Shown here in pieces: positions 1-7,592 of a stretch of 26,122 nucleotides of DNA. This DNA comes from a virus (lineage: Duplodnaviria > Caudoviricetes): IMG/VR virus record IMGVR_UViG_3300042992_000187, positions 1-26,122 of that record; one strand, given 5' to 3'. Position 1 is the first letter of the stretch. Every line of letters begins with the position of its first letter. The notes beneath the pieces are model-generated. The model ran no database searches. It was given only the letters and a program-made list of their open reading frames with translations, and was not told where the DNA came from. The position numbers were made by a program, and so were the translations under genes.

Positions 1-87
1 TGTTAATACAAGTGAACAGTATAACCTATTGATTCTGTTAGGCTTTCCGGCGGTATGCTGGCCTTATGCGCGGCGCGGCAATAGCCC

Positions 88-111
88 GGTGTAATGTTAT
101 ATCATGACACC
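88..111. repeat. 24-bp imperfect palindrome GGTGTAATGTTA|TATCATGACACC; candidate serine-recombinase crossover/binding site
   Basis: Matches its own reverse complement at 20/24 positions, with central dinucleotide AT (99-100) inside TATA; ~190 bp upstream of the serine recombinase gene. The palindrome is seen directly; its function is inferred. Confidence 0.55.
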
Positions 112-124
112 CCCCCCGGGGGTG
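108..124. repeat. GC homopolymer inverted repeat CACCCCC-ccc-GGGGGTG
   Basis: C8 run (110-117) directly followed by G5 run (118-122), flanked by CA/TG; overlaps the right arm of the 88-111 palindrome. Confidence 0.5.
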
Positions 125-207
125 GGTTGTTGACGGGGGCGGCGTCGGCGTAGCCCAACACGCATCTGCTCAACCCCTTACGGCCAAAATCCAAAACACC
201 GACCCCC

Positions 208-232
208 CAAAAAAATTTTTAATATTTTTTTG
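208..232. promoter_or_regulatory. A/T-tract inverted repeat (CAAAAAAAT-n7-ATTTTTTTG); probable UP element or bent DNA
   Basis: Perfect 9-bp inverted repeat (208-216 / 224-232) ending 8 bp upstream of the -35 box at 241. Confidence 0.5.
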
Positions 233-240
233 AAAGGGTA

Positions 241-269
241 TTGCAGAATATGTATATTTGTCGTATTAT
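241..269 (+). promoter_or_regulatory. sigma70-like promoter for the recombinase-terS-terL operon
   Basis: -35 TTGCAG (241-246), 17-nt spacer, -10 TATTAT (264-269), AT-rich tract upstream, SD GGGAG (288-292) downstream. Confidence 0.65.
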
Positions 270-299
270 CACCGGAAACCACAACAAGGGAGCCGACCA

Positions 300-980
300 A
301 TGGCCGTTTATGGATACACCCGAGTCAGCACTTCGGGCCAAGTAGATAACACCAGTCTGGAAGAACAGACCCGGAAGATTAATGCTGTGGCGCAGTACCA
401 CGGCATCCGGGTCGATGACATCTTTCGGGAAGAAGGCGTCAGCGGAAGTATTTCTCTGAGCCTACGCCCAGCCGGCTACAAGATGCTGGCTAGGTTGAAA
501 ACCGGCGATACGATTATTGCGGCCAAGCTGGACCGTATGTTCCGTTCGGCGCAAGACGCCTTGGTGACTGCCGAGCGCTGGGCCAGTCAGGGCGTCAAGC
601 TGATAGTTGCAGACATTAGCACCGACCCCATATCGGAAAACGGTATGGGCAAATTGTTCTTCACGCTTTTGGCGGCGATGGCCGAGTTTGAGCGTAGCCG
701 GATTGCCGAGCGTGTAGCGGCTGGCAAGTACGCCAAGAAACAGTCGGGCGGTTATTCGGGCGGCAAGCGTCCTTTCGGGTATTATGTCGAGGGTACGGGC
801 AAGGAAGCCATGCTCATGCCCCACCCCGAGGAGTACCCGGCGATTCAGTTCATTCTGGAGTGCCGACGGGACCGGAGTATGAGCCTTCGTGAGATATGCG
901 ATGAAGTGGAAGGCTTTTACGACATCAGCATTTCCATCGGTACTATTGCGAAAATCATCAAAGAAAACGGATTGAGGTAA
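300..980 (+). CDS. serine recombinase (resolvase catalytic domain plus short recombinase-type DNA-binding segment), 226 aa
   Basis: YTRVST catalytic motif, EEGVSG, RP, GDTIIAAKLDRMFRS, LAAMAEFERSRIAER helix, then GGKRPFGY and SLREI..ISIGTIAKII. Start moved from 258 to ATG 300 because of SD AAGGGAG 7 nt upstream. Confidence 0.93.
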   Translation: MAVYGYTRVSTSGQVDNTSLEEQTRKINAVAQYHGIRVDDIFREEGVSGSISLSLRPAGYKMLARLKTGDTIIAAKLDRMFRSAQDALVTAERWASQGVKLIVADISTDPISENGMGKLFFTLLAAMAEFERSRIAERVAAGKYAKKQSGGYSGGKRPFGYYVEGTGKEAMLMPHPEEYPAIQFILECRRDRSMSLREICDEVEGFYDISISIGTIAKIIKENGLR

Positions 981-982
981 GT

Positions 983-1474
983 ATGGCCGGGCGTCCCAAG
1001 TTGAGAAGTTTGAAAGTTCGCATTATCGAAACGGGGGGCTACGAGTCCCTGTTGGACAAGATTGCCAGCGGGACGTCGATGCGTCGGTTGGCCGAGGAAT
1101 ACCAGACCAGCCCGTCGCAGTTGGCGTTTTTGTTGAAGAAGCCCGAGTGGAACGAGAAGTTCATGATGGCAAAGGCGATTGCCGCCGGCGTTCAGGTCGA
1201 GGATGCCTTTGAGGGCGTCAAGCGCGCGATGCCAGAAGATGTCAATGTCAAGCGCCTTCAGTTCGAGGCGGCTATGAAATTAGCGAGTGTGTTTGACCGC
1301 GCGACGTTCGGGGAGCAAAAGCAACAGGTTCAGGTCAACCTGTCGATTGGCGACTTACACCTTCAAGCCCTGAAGCAAGCCCGCGACGGCATCACCATCG
1401 ACGCCGAAGTGATTATGCCAGCCATCGAACAAAATGACGCCTATGGCGAGGACGAAGAATCAGATGACGAATAA
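983..1474 (+). CDS. terS: terminase small subunit (probable)
   Basis: Directly upstream of and overlapping TerL; MAGRP start, HTH-like 'IASGTSMRRLA' segment, '..FGE' then acidic tail; SD GAGG. Confidence 0.75.
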   Translation: MAGRPKLRSLKVRIIETGGYESLLDKIASGTSMRRLAEEYQTSPSQLAFLLKKPEWNEKFMMAKAIAAGVQVEDAFEGVKRAMPEDVNVKRLQFEAAMKLASVFDRATFGEQKQQVQVNLSIGDLHLQALKQARDGITIDAEVIMPAIEQNDAYGEDEESDDE

Positions 1475-2870
1475 TCCGTTTGTTGAGTTTCTCAAGCTGT
1501 ACCGCAACAACCCCGTTGCCTTCGTCAAGGAAGTCTTGGGGGTGGAACCCGACGAGTGGCAAGTCTGGATGTTGAACCAGATAGCCGAGGGCAAGCGCCA
1601 AATCAGCGTGCGCTCCGGCCACGGCGTCGGTAAGTCCTCGGCGGCCTCTTGGGCCATGCTCTGGTTCTTGCTAACCCGTTACCCGGTCAAGGTGGTGGTG
1701 ACTGCGCCGACGTCCGCCCAGCTGTTCGACGCCCTGTTCGCCGAACTCAAGTCGTGCGCCCGCCGTCTGCCACCCGCCCTCATGGAACTGCTGGAAGTCA
1801 AGCAAGAGCGTATCGAACTCAAAGCTGACCCCACCGGCGCGTTCATCTCGGCCCGTACGGCGCGCGCCGAAAGCCCCGAGGCGCTCCAAGGTGTTCACTC
1901 CGAGAACGTCCTTCTGGTGGCGGACGAGGCATCCGGCGTGGCCGAACAGGTGTTCGAGGCGGCTGTCGGCTCCATGTCCGGCGAACACGCCACCACCCTG
2001 TTGCTGGGAAACCCCACCCGAACGTCAGGCTTTTTCTTCGACACCCACAACAAGAACCGCGAAAACTGGTGTACCCGCCGGGTGAACTGCGTCGATTCCA
2101 AGCTGGTTAGTTCACAATTCGTTAAGCAAGTGGCAGACGCCTACGGCGAAGACTCCAACGCCTACCGCGTCCGCGTCCTCGGCGAGTTCCCCAAGGCCGA
2201 CGACGATACCGTCATTCCGCTGGTGCTGGTCGAGGACGCCATGAGCCGCGACGTCCAGACCATGCCGGGCGCGCCCATCATCTGGGGCGTTGACGTGGCC
2301 CGCTTTGGTGACGACGCCACCGCCTTAGCCAAGCGCCAGTCCAATCGGCTCGTAGAACCCATCCGCAAGTGGCGCAAGCTGGACATCATGCAAGTGGCCG
2401 GCGTGGTCAAGGCCGAGTACGATTCGTGCGCTCCGGGCGATGTACCCCAAGAGATTCTGGTGGACAGCATCGGCTTAGGTGCCGGCGTGGTCGATAGGCT
2501 CAGGGAGTTAGGTTTACCCGTTCGCGGTATCAACGTTTCCGAATCCCCAGCCCTGAAAAACTCATACAAGAACCTCAGAACCGAGTTGTGGTTCAAGGCC
2601 AAGGCGTGGTTCGAGCAACGCGACTGCTCCATGCCCAAAGACGACGAGTTGTGCGCCGACCTTGTCAGCGTCAAGTATCTGTCCCCAGATTCGGCGGGGC
2701 GTCTGGCCATTGAGTCCAAAGACCAGACCAAACGGCGTATCCGCCGAAGCCCCGACGTGGCAGACGCATTTGTTCTGACCTTCGGTGCGGATGCGGGCGC
2801 CGCATTGTACGGGAACTCTTTCAGCACTAAATGGTCAAAGACCTTGAAACGCGGGCTAAAGATGCTATAA
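1464..2870 (+). CDS. terL: terminase large subunit
   Basis: Walker A SGHGVGKS, VTAPT, Walker B LLVADEA, coupling motif LLGNP, nuclease GVDVARFGDD and SPDVADA. ATG 1464 preferred over 1434 (start uncertain). Confidence 0.96.
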   Translation: MTNNPFVEFLKLYRNNPVAFVKEVLGVEPDEWQVWMLNQIAEGKRQISVRSGHGVGKSSAASWAMLWFLLTRYPVKVVVTAPTSAQLFDALFAELKSCARRLPPALMELLEVKQERIELKADPTGAFISARTARAESPEALQGVHSENVLLVADEASGVAEQVFEAAVGSMSGEHATTLLLGNPTRTSGFFFDTHNKNRENWCTRRVNCVDSKLVSSQFVKQVADAYGEDSNAYRVRVLGEFPKADDDTVIPLVLVEDAMSRDVQTMPGAPIIWGVDVARFGDDATALAKRQSNRLVEPIRKWRKLDIMQVAGVVKAEYDSCAPGDVPQEILVDSIGLGAGVVDRLRELGLPVRGINVSESPALKNSYKNLRTELWFKAKAWFEQRDCSMPKDDELCADLVSVKYLSPDSAGRLAIESKDQTKRRIRRSPDVADAFVLTFGADAGAALYGNSFSTKWSKTLKRGLKML

Positions 2871-2871
2871 T
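2844..2871 (+). promoter_or_regulatory. extended -10 sigma70 promoter overlapping the terL stop codon
   Basis: TTGAAA (2844-2849), 16-nt spacer, TG-c-TATAAT (2863-2871). Confidence 0.7.
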
Positions 2872-2877
2872 GCCCTT

Positions 2878-2946
2878 AGTTTCATGGTTGGTCCTCTCCC
2901 CTAGCGCGTAACCGCGCCTTAACCCCGCTTTGCGGGGTTTTTTTTT
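2878..2946 (+). ncRNA. candidate ~70-nt small regulatory RNA with anti-SD/anti-AUG seed
   Basis: Lies between the 2844-2871 promoter and the 2921-2946 terminator. Seed CAUGGUUGGUCCUCUCCCC (2883-2901), hairpin GCGCG-UAAC-CGCGC (2904-2917), terminator hairpin plus U9. The 5' end is estimated. Confidence 0.55.
2921..2946 (+). terminator. intrinsic terminator
   Basis: AACCCCGC-TTT-GCGGGGTT stem with a T9 run (2938-2946). Confidence 0.88.
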
Positions 2947-2972
2947 AACTATTTGTAAAACCGTGCTATAAT
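2945..2972 (+). promoter_or_regulatory. extended -10 promoter for the portal/structural operon
   Basis: TG-c-TATAAT (2964-2972), weak -35 TTAACT (2945-2950); just after the terminator and ~30 nt before the portal start. Confidence 0.65.
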
Positions 2973-3003
2973 TGCCCCAAATATCTTTCAAAGGCGTCGC
3001 TTC

Positions 3004-5232
3004 GTGTCCACACCGAATCCTTTCAATGACTTCATTGACGTCAACGTGACGGCGGTAGCTGTGGTCGAGGAAGACCAGCCGGATGGCCGTACGGACGAGG
3101 AATTTGAGTCATTTGTCGGTACGCTGATTAACGATTGCGAAGACTTTATCGACGAGGAAATCTCGCCGCGACGGGCTTTGGCCACGGAATACTACAAGGG
3201 CGACCTGTTCGGCGACGAAATGGATGGCCGCAGTCAAGTGGTCAGCCGGGACGTCCGCGATACCGTAAACGCCATGCTTCCCAGCCTGATGCGGGTATTC
3301 TTTTCGGCCGACAATATGGTCGAATATGCCCCGAATGGCCCTGAAGACATCCCGTTTGCCAAACAAGCCACCGATTACGCTCGATATGTGGTCGAAGCGG
3401 ACAATGACGGCTTTTCCATCTTTACGGCGGCCTTCAAGGACGCCCTTGTCCGCAAGTCCGGCATCCTGAAATGGTATTGGGACGACTCCGTTTCGGTTAG
3501 TTCCGCCGAATATACTGGCCTTGGCGAAACTGAACTGACCGCCTTGTACGACGAAGAAGGCGTTGAAGTCGAAATGCTGGCTCAGTATGACGACCCCGAC
3601 GCCGAGCGCGTGGCTCCGATTGAGCCAACCATCGACCCTATGACGGGAGCCGCCACGCCGGTTCAAATTCCGCAACTGTTTGACGTTCGGGTCAACCGCA
3701 AGACCGCCGCCAACCGCATCGTTATCTGCGCTGTGCCGCCGGAAGAATTTATCATTGACCGGCGCGCGCGTACCATTGATGACGCCCAGCTGGTCGGCCA
3801 CCGTTCGATGAAAACTGTTTCCGAACTGGTTGCCATGGGTTACGACCCTGAAGTGGTTGAAGGCTACACCACCAGCGGCAACGAACTAGACGACAACGAC
3901 GAGTTCCTCGCCCGTACCGACCAGTATGGTACCGACTACTCCGACATCGTCAAGCGCGTCCTTTACATCGAATCGTGGGTGCGTTACGACTATGACGGCG
4001 ACGGCATCGCCGAACTTCGCCGCGTCTGCACGATGGGCGGTGCTTACAACGTGGTGATGAACGAGCCGGCCGACGAGGCTCCGTTTGCCGTTCTTTGCCC
4101 CGACCCAGAACCCCATCTGTTCTTTGGCTACTCCGTGGCCGAAGCGGTTATGGACATCCAGAAAATCAAGTCCCACCTCATGCGGGGTATGCTTGATTCC
4201 TTGGCGCAGTCTATCAACCCGCGTACCGCCGTTGTGGACGGCCAAGTTAATATCGACGACGTCCTGAACAACGAAGTCGGCGCGATTATCCGTCAGCGCG
4301 CGCCGGGCATGGTGACGCCGTTTGAAACCAACTTCCTTGGCGGTGCCGCGATGCCGGTGCTGGCTTACATGGACGAAGTAAAGGAAAACCGTACGGGTAT
4401 TTCCAAAGCCGCCGCCGGCCTCGACGCCGACGCCCTTCAGTCCAGCACCAAAGCCGCTGTATCGGCCACCTTGTCGGCATCGCAACAGCAGATTGAGATG
4501 ATTGCCCGCCACTTCGCCGCGGGCCTGAAGAATCTGTATAAGGGCCTTCTGGGCCTGATGAAGAAGCACCAGAACCGTTCGCGCATCATTCGACTGCGCA
4601 ACGAGTGGGTTCCGGTTGACCCGAGCCTGTGGCCGGCGGATATGGATGTCGTTATCAACGTCGGCTTTGGCCGAGGTAACGATGACGAGCGCATGATGTT
4701 CTTGGGCCAGATTGCCGCCAAGCAAGAAGCTATTTTGGCGCAAGTGGGCCTTGACAACCCGCTGGTAGGCATCCAAGAGTACCGCAACACGCTGGCCAAG
4801 ATGGTCAACATGGCGGGCTTCAAAAACTCCGAGGAGTTCTTCAAAGACCCGGCCAAGACCCCGCCGGCTCCGCCCGCCCCGCCTGAACCGCCACCGCCGG
4901 ACCCGGCACTTATCCTTGCTCAAGCGCAAGCCAAGGCCGAAGCCGACAAGATTGTGCTTCAACAGCAAGAACTTGAACTCAAGAAGCAAGAAGCGGCGGC
5001 CAAAGACGACCTTGAGCATGACAAGCTGGACGTCGAAGTTATGCTTCGCGCCAAGGAACTGGAACTCAAGTATAACGCCCAAGTCAACACCGCCGAAATC
5101 AAAGCGATGGTTGACCGTGACCGCGCCGCCATGAACGCTGTCAACCAACAGCAGATGGCCGCGCTCCAAGCCCAGTTACAAGCCCAAGCCCAGCCGCAGA
5201 TGCCGCCCGAGGGAATGAATGGACAACTCTGA
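3004..5232 (+). CDS. portal protein (P22-like, long C-terminal coiled coil)
   Basis: 742 aa after TerL; 'YYKG..GRSQVVSRDVRDTV..MLPSLMRVF', 'FKDAL..K.GILK', 'VPPEEF', 'PEPH.FFG.S', 'ENRTGIS'; Pro-rich linker and Gln/Ala-rich tail. GTG start. Confidence 0.93.
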   Translation: MSTPNPFNDFIDVNVTAVAVVEEDQPDGRTDEEFESFVGTLINDCEDFIDEEISPRRALATEYYKGDLFGDEMDGRSQVVSRDVRDTVNAMLPSLMRVFFSADNMVEYAPNGPEDIPFAKQATDYARYVVEADNDGFSIFTAAFKDALVRKSGILKWYWDDSVSVSSAEYTGLGETELTALYDEEGVEVEMLAQYDDPDAERVAPIEPTIDPMTGAATPVQIPQLFDVRVNRKTAANRIVICAVPPEEFIIDRRARTIDDAQLVGHRSMKTVSELVAMGYDPEVVEGYTTSGNELDDNDEFLARTDQYGTDYSDIVKRVLYIESWVRYDYDGDGIAELRRVCTMGGAYNVVMNEPADEAPFAVLCPDPEPHLFFGYSVAEAVMDIQKIKSHLMRGMLDSLAQSINPRTAVVDGQVNIDDVLNNEVGAIIRQRAPGMVTPFETNFLGGAAMPVLAYMDEVKENRTGISKAAAGLDADALQSSTKAAVSATLSASQQQIEMIARHFAAGLKNLYKGLLGLMKKHQNRSRIIRLRNEWVPVDPSLWPADMDVVINVGFGRGNDDERMMFLGQIAAKQEAILAQVGLDNPLVGIQEYRNTLAKMVNMAGFKNSEEFFKDPAKTPPAPPAPPEPPPPDPALILAQAQAKAEADKIVLQQQELELKKQEAAAKDDLEHDKLDVEVMLRAKELELKYNAQVNTAEIKAMVDRDRAAMNAVNQQQMAALQAQLQAQAQPQMPPEGMNGQL

Positions 5233-5512
5233 AGACATCATCCGTCGCGGCGCTGAAGCCGAGCGTTTACTAAACCATGAACTTCTCAAAGAATCTTTTG
5301 AGAAAGTGGCGACCCATATCACTAATGCGTGGGCCACGACTTCACCTCTCGAAGTCGAGGCGCGCGAAAAGCTGTACCTGAAACTTCAGGTTTTACAAGA
5401 AGTCCGAGAACACCTACGAATCGCGGCGGAAAACGGTAAATTTACCAAGTCGCGGTTAGAGAAGCTCTCGGAATTCACCAGTCGAGTGGCTGGCTACCGA
5501 TTCGGGCGATAA
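5219..5512 (+). CDS. hypothetical protein between portal and scaffold
   Basis: 97-aa helical ORF overlapping the portal end; SD GAGGG; syntenic position. Confidence 0.8.
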   Translation: MDNSEDIIRRGAEAERLLNHELLKESFEKVATHITNAWATTSPLEVEAREKLYLKLQVLQEVREHLRIAAENGKFTKSRLEKLSEFTSRVAGYRFGR

Positions 5513-5539
5513 GCCCATTTTGCAAAAAGGTGTTACAAT

Positions 5540-6553
5540 ATGAGCAATCCCGACACACTACCTAGCGGTGGAATCGGTATCAGCGAAGCGCAAAGTGCCA
5601 TTTCTAGTATGCTGGCCGCCCAAGATGGCGACAACCAAGCCCCAGAACAGGACGAAGCGTTGCAAGCAGACGAAGATTCCTACGAGGAAACTTCCGACGC
5701 AGAAGAATCTGATGATGTCGAGGACAACGGCGAGGCACCCGAAGACCCCGACAACGAAGATTCTGAGTCTGATGAGGAAGCGGAGCCAGACGAGCAAGAA
5801 GACCAACCTGAAGAAATTGTTGTCGAACTTGATGGCAAACAGGTTACGGTTGACGAACTCAAGAAAGGTTATCTGCGCCAGTCGGACTATACCCGTAAGA
5901 CTCAACAAGTGGCCGAGGAGCGTAAGGCTCTGGAAGCCGAGTTGAGTGTTATCCGGGAAGAACGTTCGCAGTACGAACAACTTTTACCCGCGTTGCAACA
6001 ACAGTTACACGCGATGGCGAATCAAGAGCCGGATTGGGAAACTTTGTATCAACAAGACCCCATTGGCGCGATTCAGGAAGAACGCAAATGGCGCGTTCAG
6101 ATGCAACACCGTCAGGAACAATTAGCGGCTATTCAAGCCGAGCAGTCCAGACTTAATCAGTTGCACCAGAACGAACAAGTTAAGCAGTTTGAGCATCATT
6201 TGACCCAAGAACGTGAGTTGTTACTGGAGCGTATGCCGTCATGGAAAGACGCGAAAGTAGCCAGCGCCGAACGTGCTAAAGTTAAAGAATATGCTCAAAA
6301 ACTCGGATTTTCGGCGGAAGAATTAGACGCCGTTACCGACCATCGTGCGGTTCTTGGCTTGTATAAAGCCATGAAGTACGATGAAATGCTTGCCAAGCGG
6401 AATCAGGCCAAACCGAAACAAACGGTTCCTGTATCCAAGCCGGGTTCAGCCAAAGTGGGTAAAGTTACTTCAGAAGCGAATCGTGATAGGCAACGCCTCG
6501 CCAAAACGGGCCGTGTCCAAGACGCCGCCCGTCTGATTGAAAAACTTCTCTAA
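5540..6553 (+). CDS. capsid scaffolding protein
   Basis: Highly acidic N-half, 'VTVDELKKGYLRQSDYTRKTQ' motif, coiled coil, basic C-terminus; directly upstream of the capsid gene. Confidence 0.85.
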   Translation: MSNPDTLPSGGIGISEAQSAISSMLAAQDGDNQAPEQDEALQADEDSYEETSDAEESDDVEDNGEAPEDPDNEDSESDEEAEPDEQEDQPEEIVVELDGKQVTVDELKKGYLRQSDYTRKTQQVAEERKALEAELSVIREERSQYEQLLPALQQQLHAMANQEPDWETLYQQDPIGAIQEERKWRVQMQHRQEQLAAIQAEQSRLNQLHQNEQVKQFEHHLTQERELLLERMPSWKDAKVASAERAKVKEYAQKLGFSAEELDAVTDHRAVLGLYKAMKYDEMLAKRNQAKPKQTVPVSKPGSAKVGKVTSEANRDRQRLAKTGRVQDAARLIEKLL

Positions 6554-6575
6554 CTTCACTTTTTAAGGAATTAAC

Positions 6576-7547
6576 ATGACTGCTATTACCAACACCTACT
6601 CGCGTTACGACGCGAAGGGCATCCGCGAAGACCTCGCCAATGTCATTTACAACATCTCGCCGGAAGACACCCCGTTCACCAGCAACATTGGCCGTGGCAC
6701 CGCTTCCAACACCATCTACGAATGGCAAGTCGATGAACTGGCCGCCGCCGTTTCCAACAACGCTGTTGTTGAAGGCGACGACGTCACCTCGTTCACCGCC
6801 GCTGTTGCTACTGACCGTCTGGCCAACTACACCCAAATCAGCCGTAAAGACGTCCTGATTTCGGGTACCTTGGAAAAGCTGGACAAAGCTGGCCGTCGTT
6901 CGGAAATCGCTTATCAGCTGTCGAAGAAAGGCGCCGAACTGAAGCGCGACATCGAAGCCGCCTCGCTGGCTAACCAAGCCGCCGTTGCCGGTTCCATGCC
7001 GTCCACCGCCCGTCGTACCGCTGGTCTGCCGGCGTTCCTGCGCACCAACACCAACCGTTCCACCGGCGCTACCCCGGGTGCTGACCCGACTGTGTCCAAC
7101 GGTCTGGTGAACGCCGCCGCTACCGACGGTACCCAGCGCGCTTTCACCGAAGCTATGCTGAAAGACGTCATCCAGAAAGTCTGGACCGAAGGCGGCACCC
7201 CGAAGATGCTGATGGTTGGCCCCGGCAACAAAGTTGTTGCCTCGACCTTCACCGGTATCGCCGACATCCGCTACAACCTGACCGCCCCGAAAACGGCCGC
7301 CATCATCGGTGCCGCTGACGTGTACGTGTCTGACTTCGGCCAAGTGTCCATCGTTCCGAACCGTTTCCAGCGTAACCGTGATGCGTTCGTTCTGGACCCG
7401 GATTTCGCCGAACTGTGCTGGCTCCGTCCGATTACCCAAGTCGAACTGGCCAAAACCGGTGACGCTGAGAAGCGTATGCTGATTGGTGAGTGGGGCCTGA
7501 AAGTTAAGCAACAAAAAGCCCACGGCGTCATCGCCGACCTGTCGTAA
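6576..7547 (+). CDS. major capsid protein
   Basis: 'GIREDLANVIYNISPEDTPF', 'EWQVDEL', 'NYTQI', 'ELKRDIE', 'YVSDFG', 'LAKTGDAEKR'; strong SD AAGGA; biased codon usage. Confidence 0.93.
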   Translation: MTAITNTYSRYDAKGIREDLANVIYNISPEDTPFTSNIGRGTASNTIYEWQVDELAAAVSNNAVVEGDDVTSFTAAVATDRLANYTQISRKDVLISGTLEKLDKAGRRSEIAYQLSKKGAELKRDIEAASLANQAAVAGSMPSTARRTAGLPAFLRTNTNRSTGATPGADPTVSNGLVNAAATDGTQRAFTEAMLKDVIQKVWTEGGTPKMLMVGPGNKVVASTFTGIADIRYNLTAPKTAAIIGAADVYVSDFGQVSIVPNRFQRNRDAFVLDPDFAELCWLRPITQVELAKTGDAEKRMLIGEWGLKVKQQKAHGVIADLS

Positions 7548-7561
7548 TCTGAAGAAAAGGA

Positions 7562-7584
7562 AGGGGCCGGCCAACCCGGCCCCT
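7562..7584. terminator. 9-bp GC hairpin after the capsid gene (weak terminator/attenuator or split-RBS element)
   Basis: AGGGGCCGG-CCAAC-CCGGCCCCT; no U-run on the + strand; purine-rich sequence upstream. Confidence 0.5.
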
Positions 7585-7592
7585 AACTTCCT

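Noticed and set aside
258-980. IS607/Tn3-type mobile element
   Set aside because: No tnpB or transposase partner, no N-terminal HTH, no terminal repeats, and the gene is tightly coupled to terS.
2865-2885. Minus-strand minigene ATG AAA CTA AGG GCA TTA TAG (MKLRAL) with a perfect SD
   Set aside because: Only 6 codons, and I saw no minus-strand promoter; the promoter and terminator both point to the + strand. Kept only as the alternative explanation for the sRNA seed.
1464-3036. Similar N-termini of TerL (NNPFVEFL) and portal (PNPFNDFI)
   Set aside because: Too short to separate from chance, and both starts are uncertain.
5531-5539. TGTTACAAT extended -10-like motif before the scaffold gene
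   Set aside because: It ends directly at the ATG, leaving no room for a start site; better explained as RBS spacer.
3109-7574. Long antisense ORFs (3109-3801, 3886-5169, 6465-7574)
   Set aside because: They shadow portal and capsid genes, have no recognisable motifs, and are expected from biased codon usage.
7545-7586. Capsid stop read-through or frameshift extension
   Set aside because: TAA stop, next in-frame stop only 12 codons later, and no slippery site.
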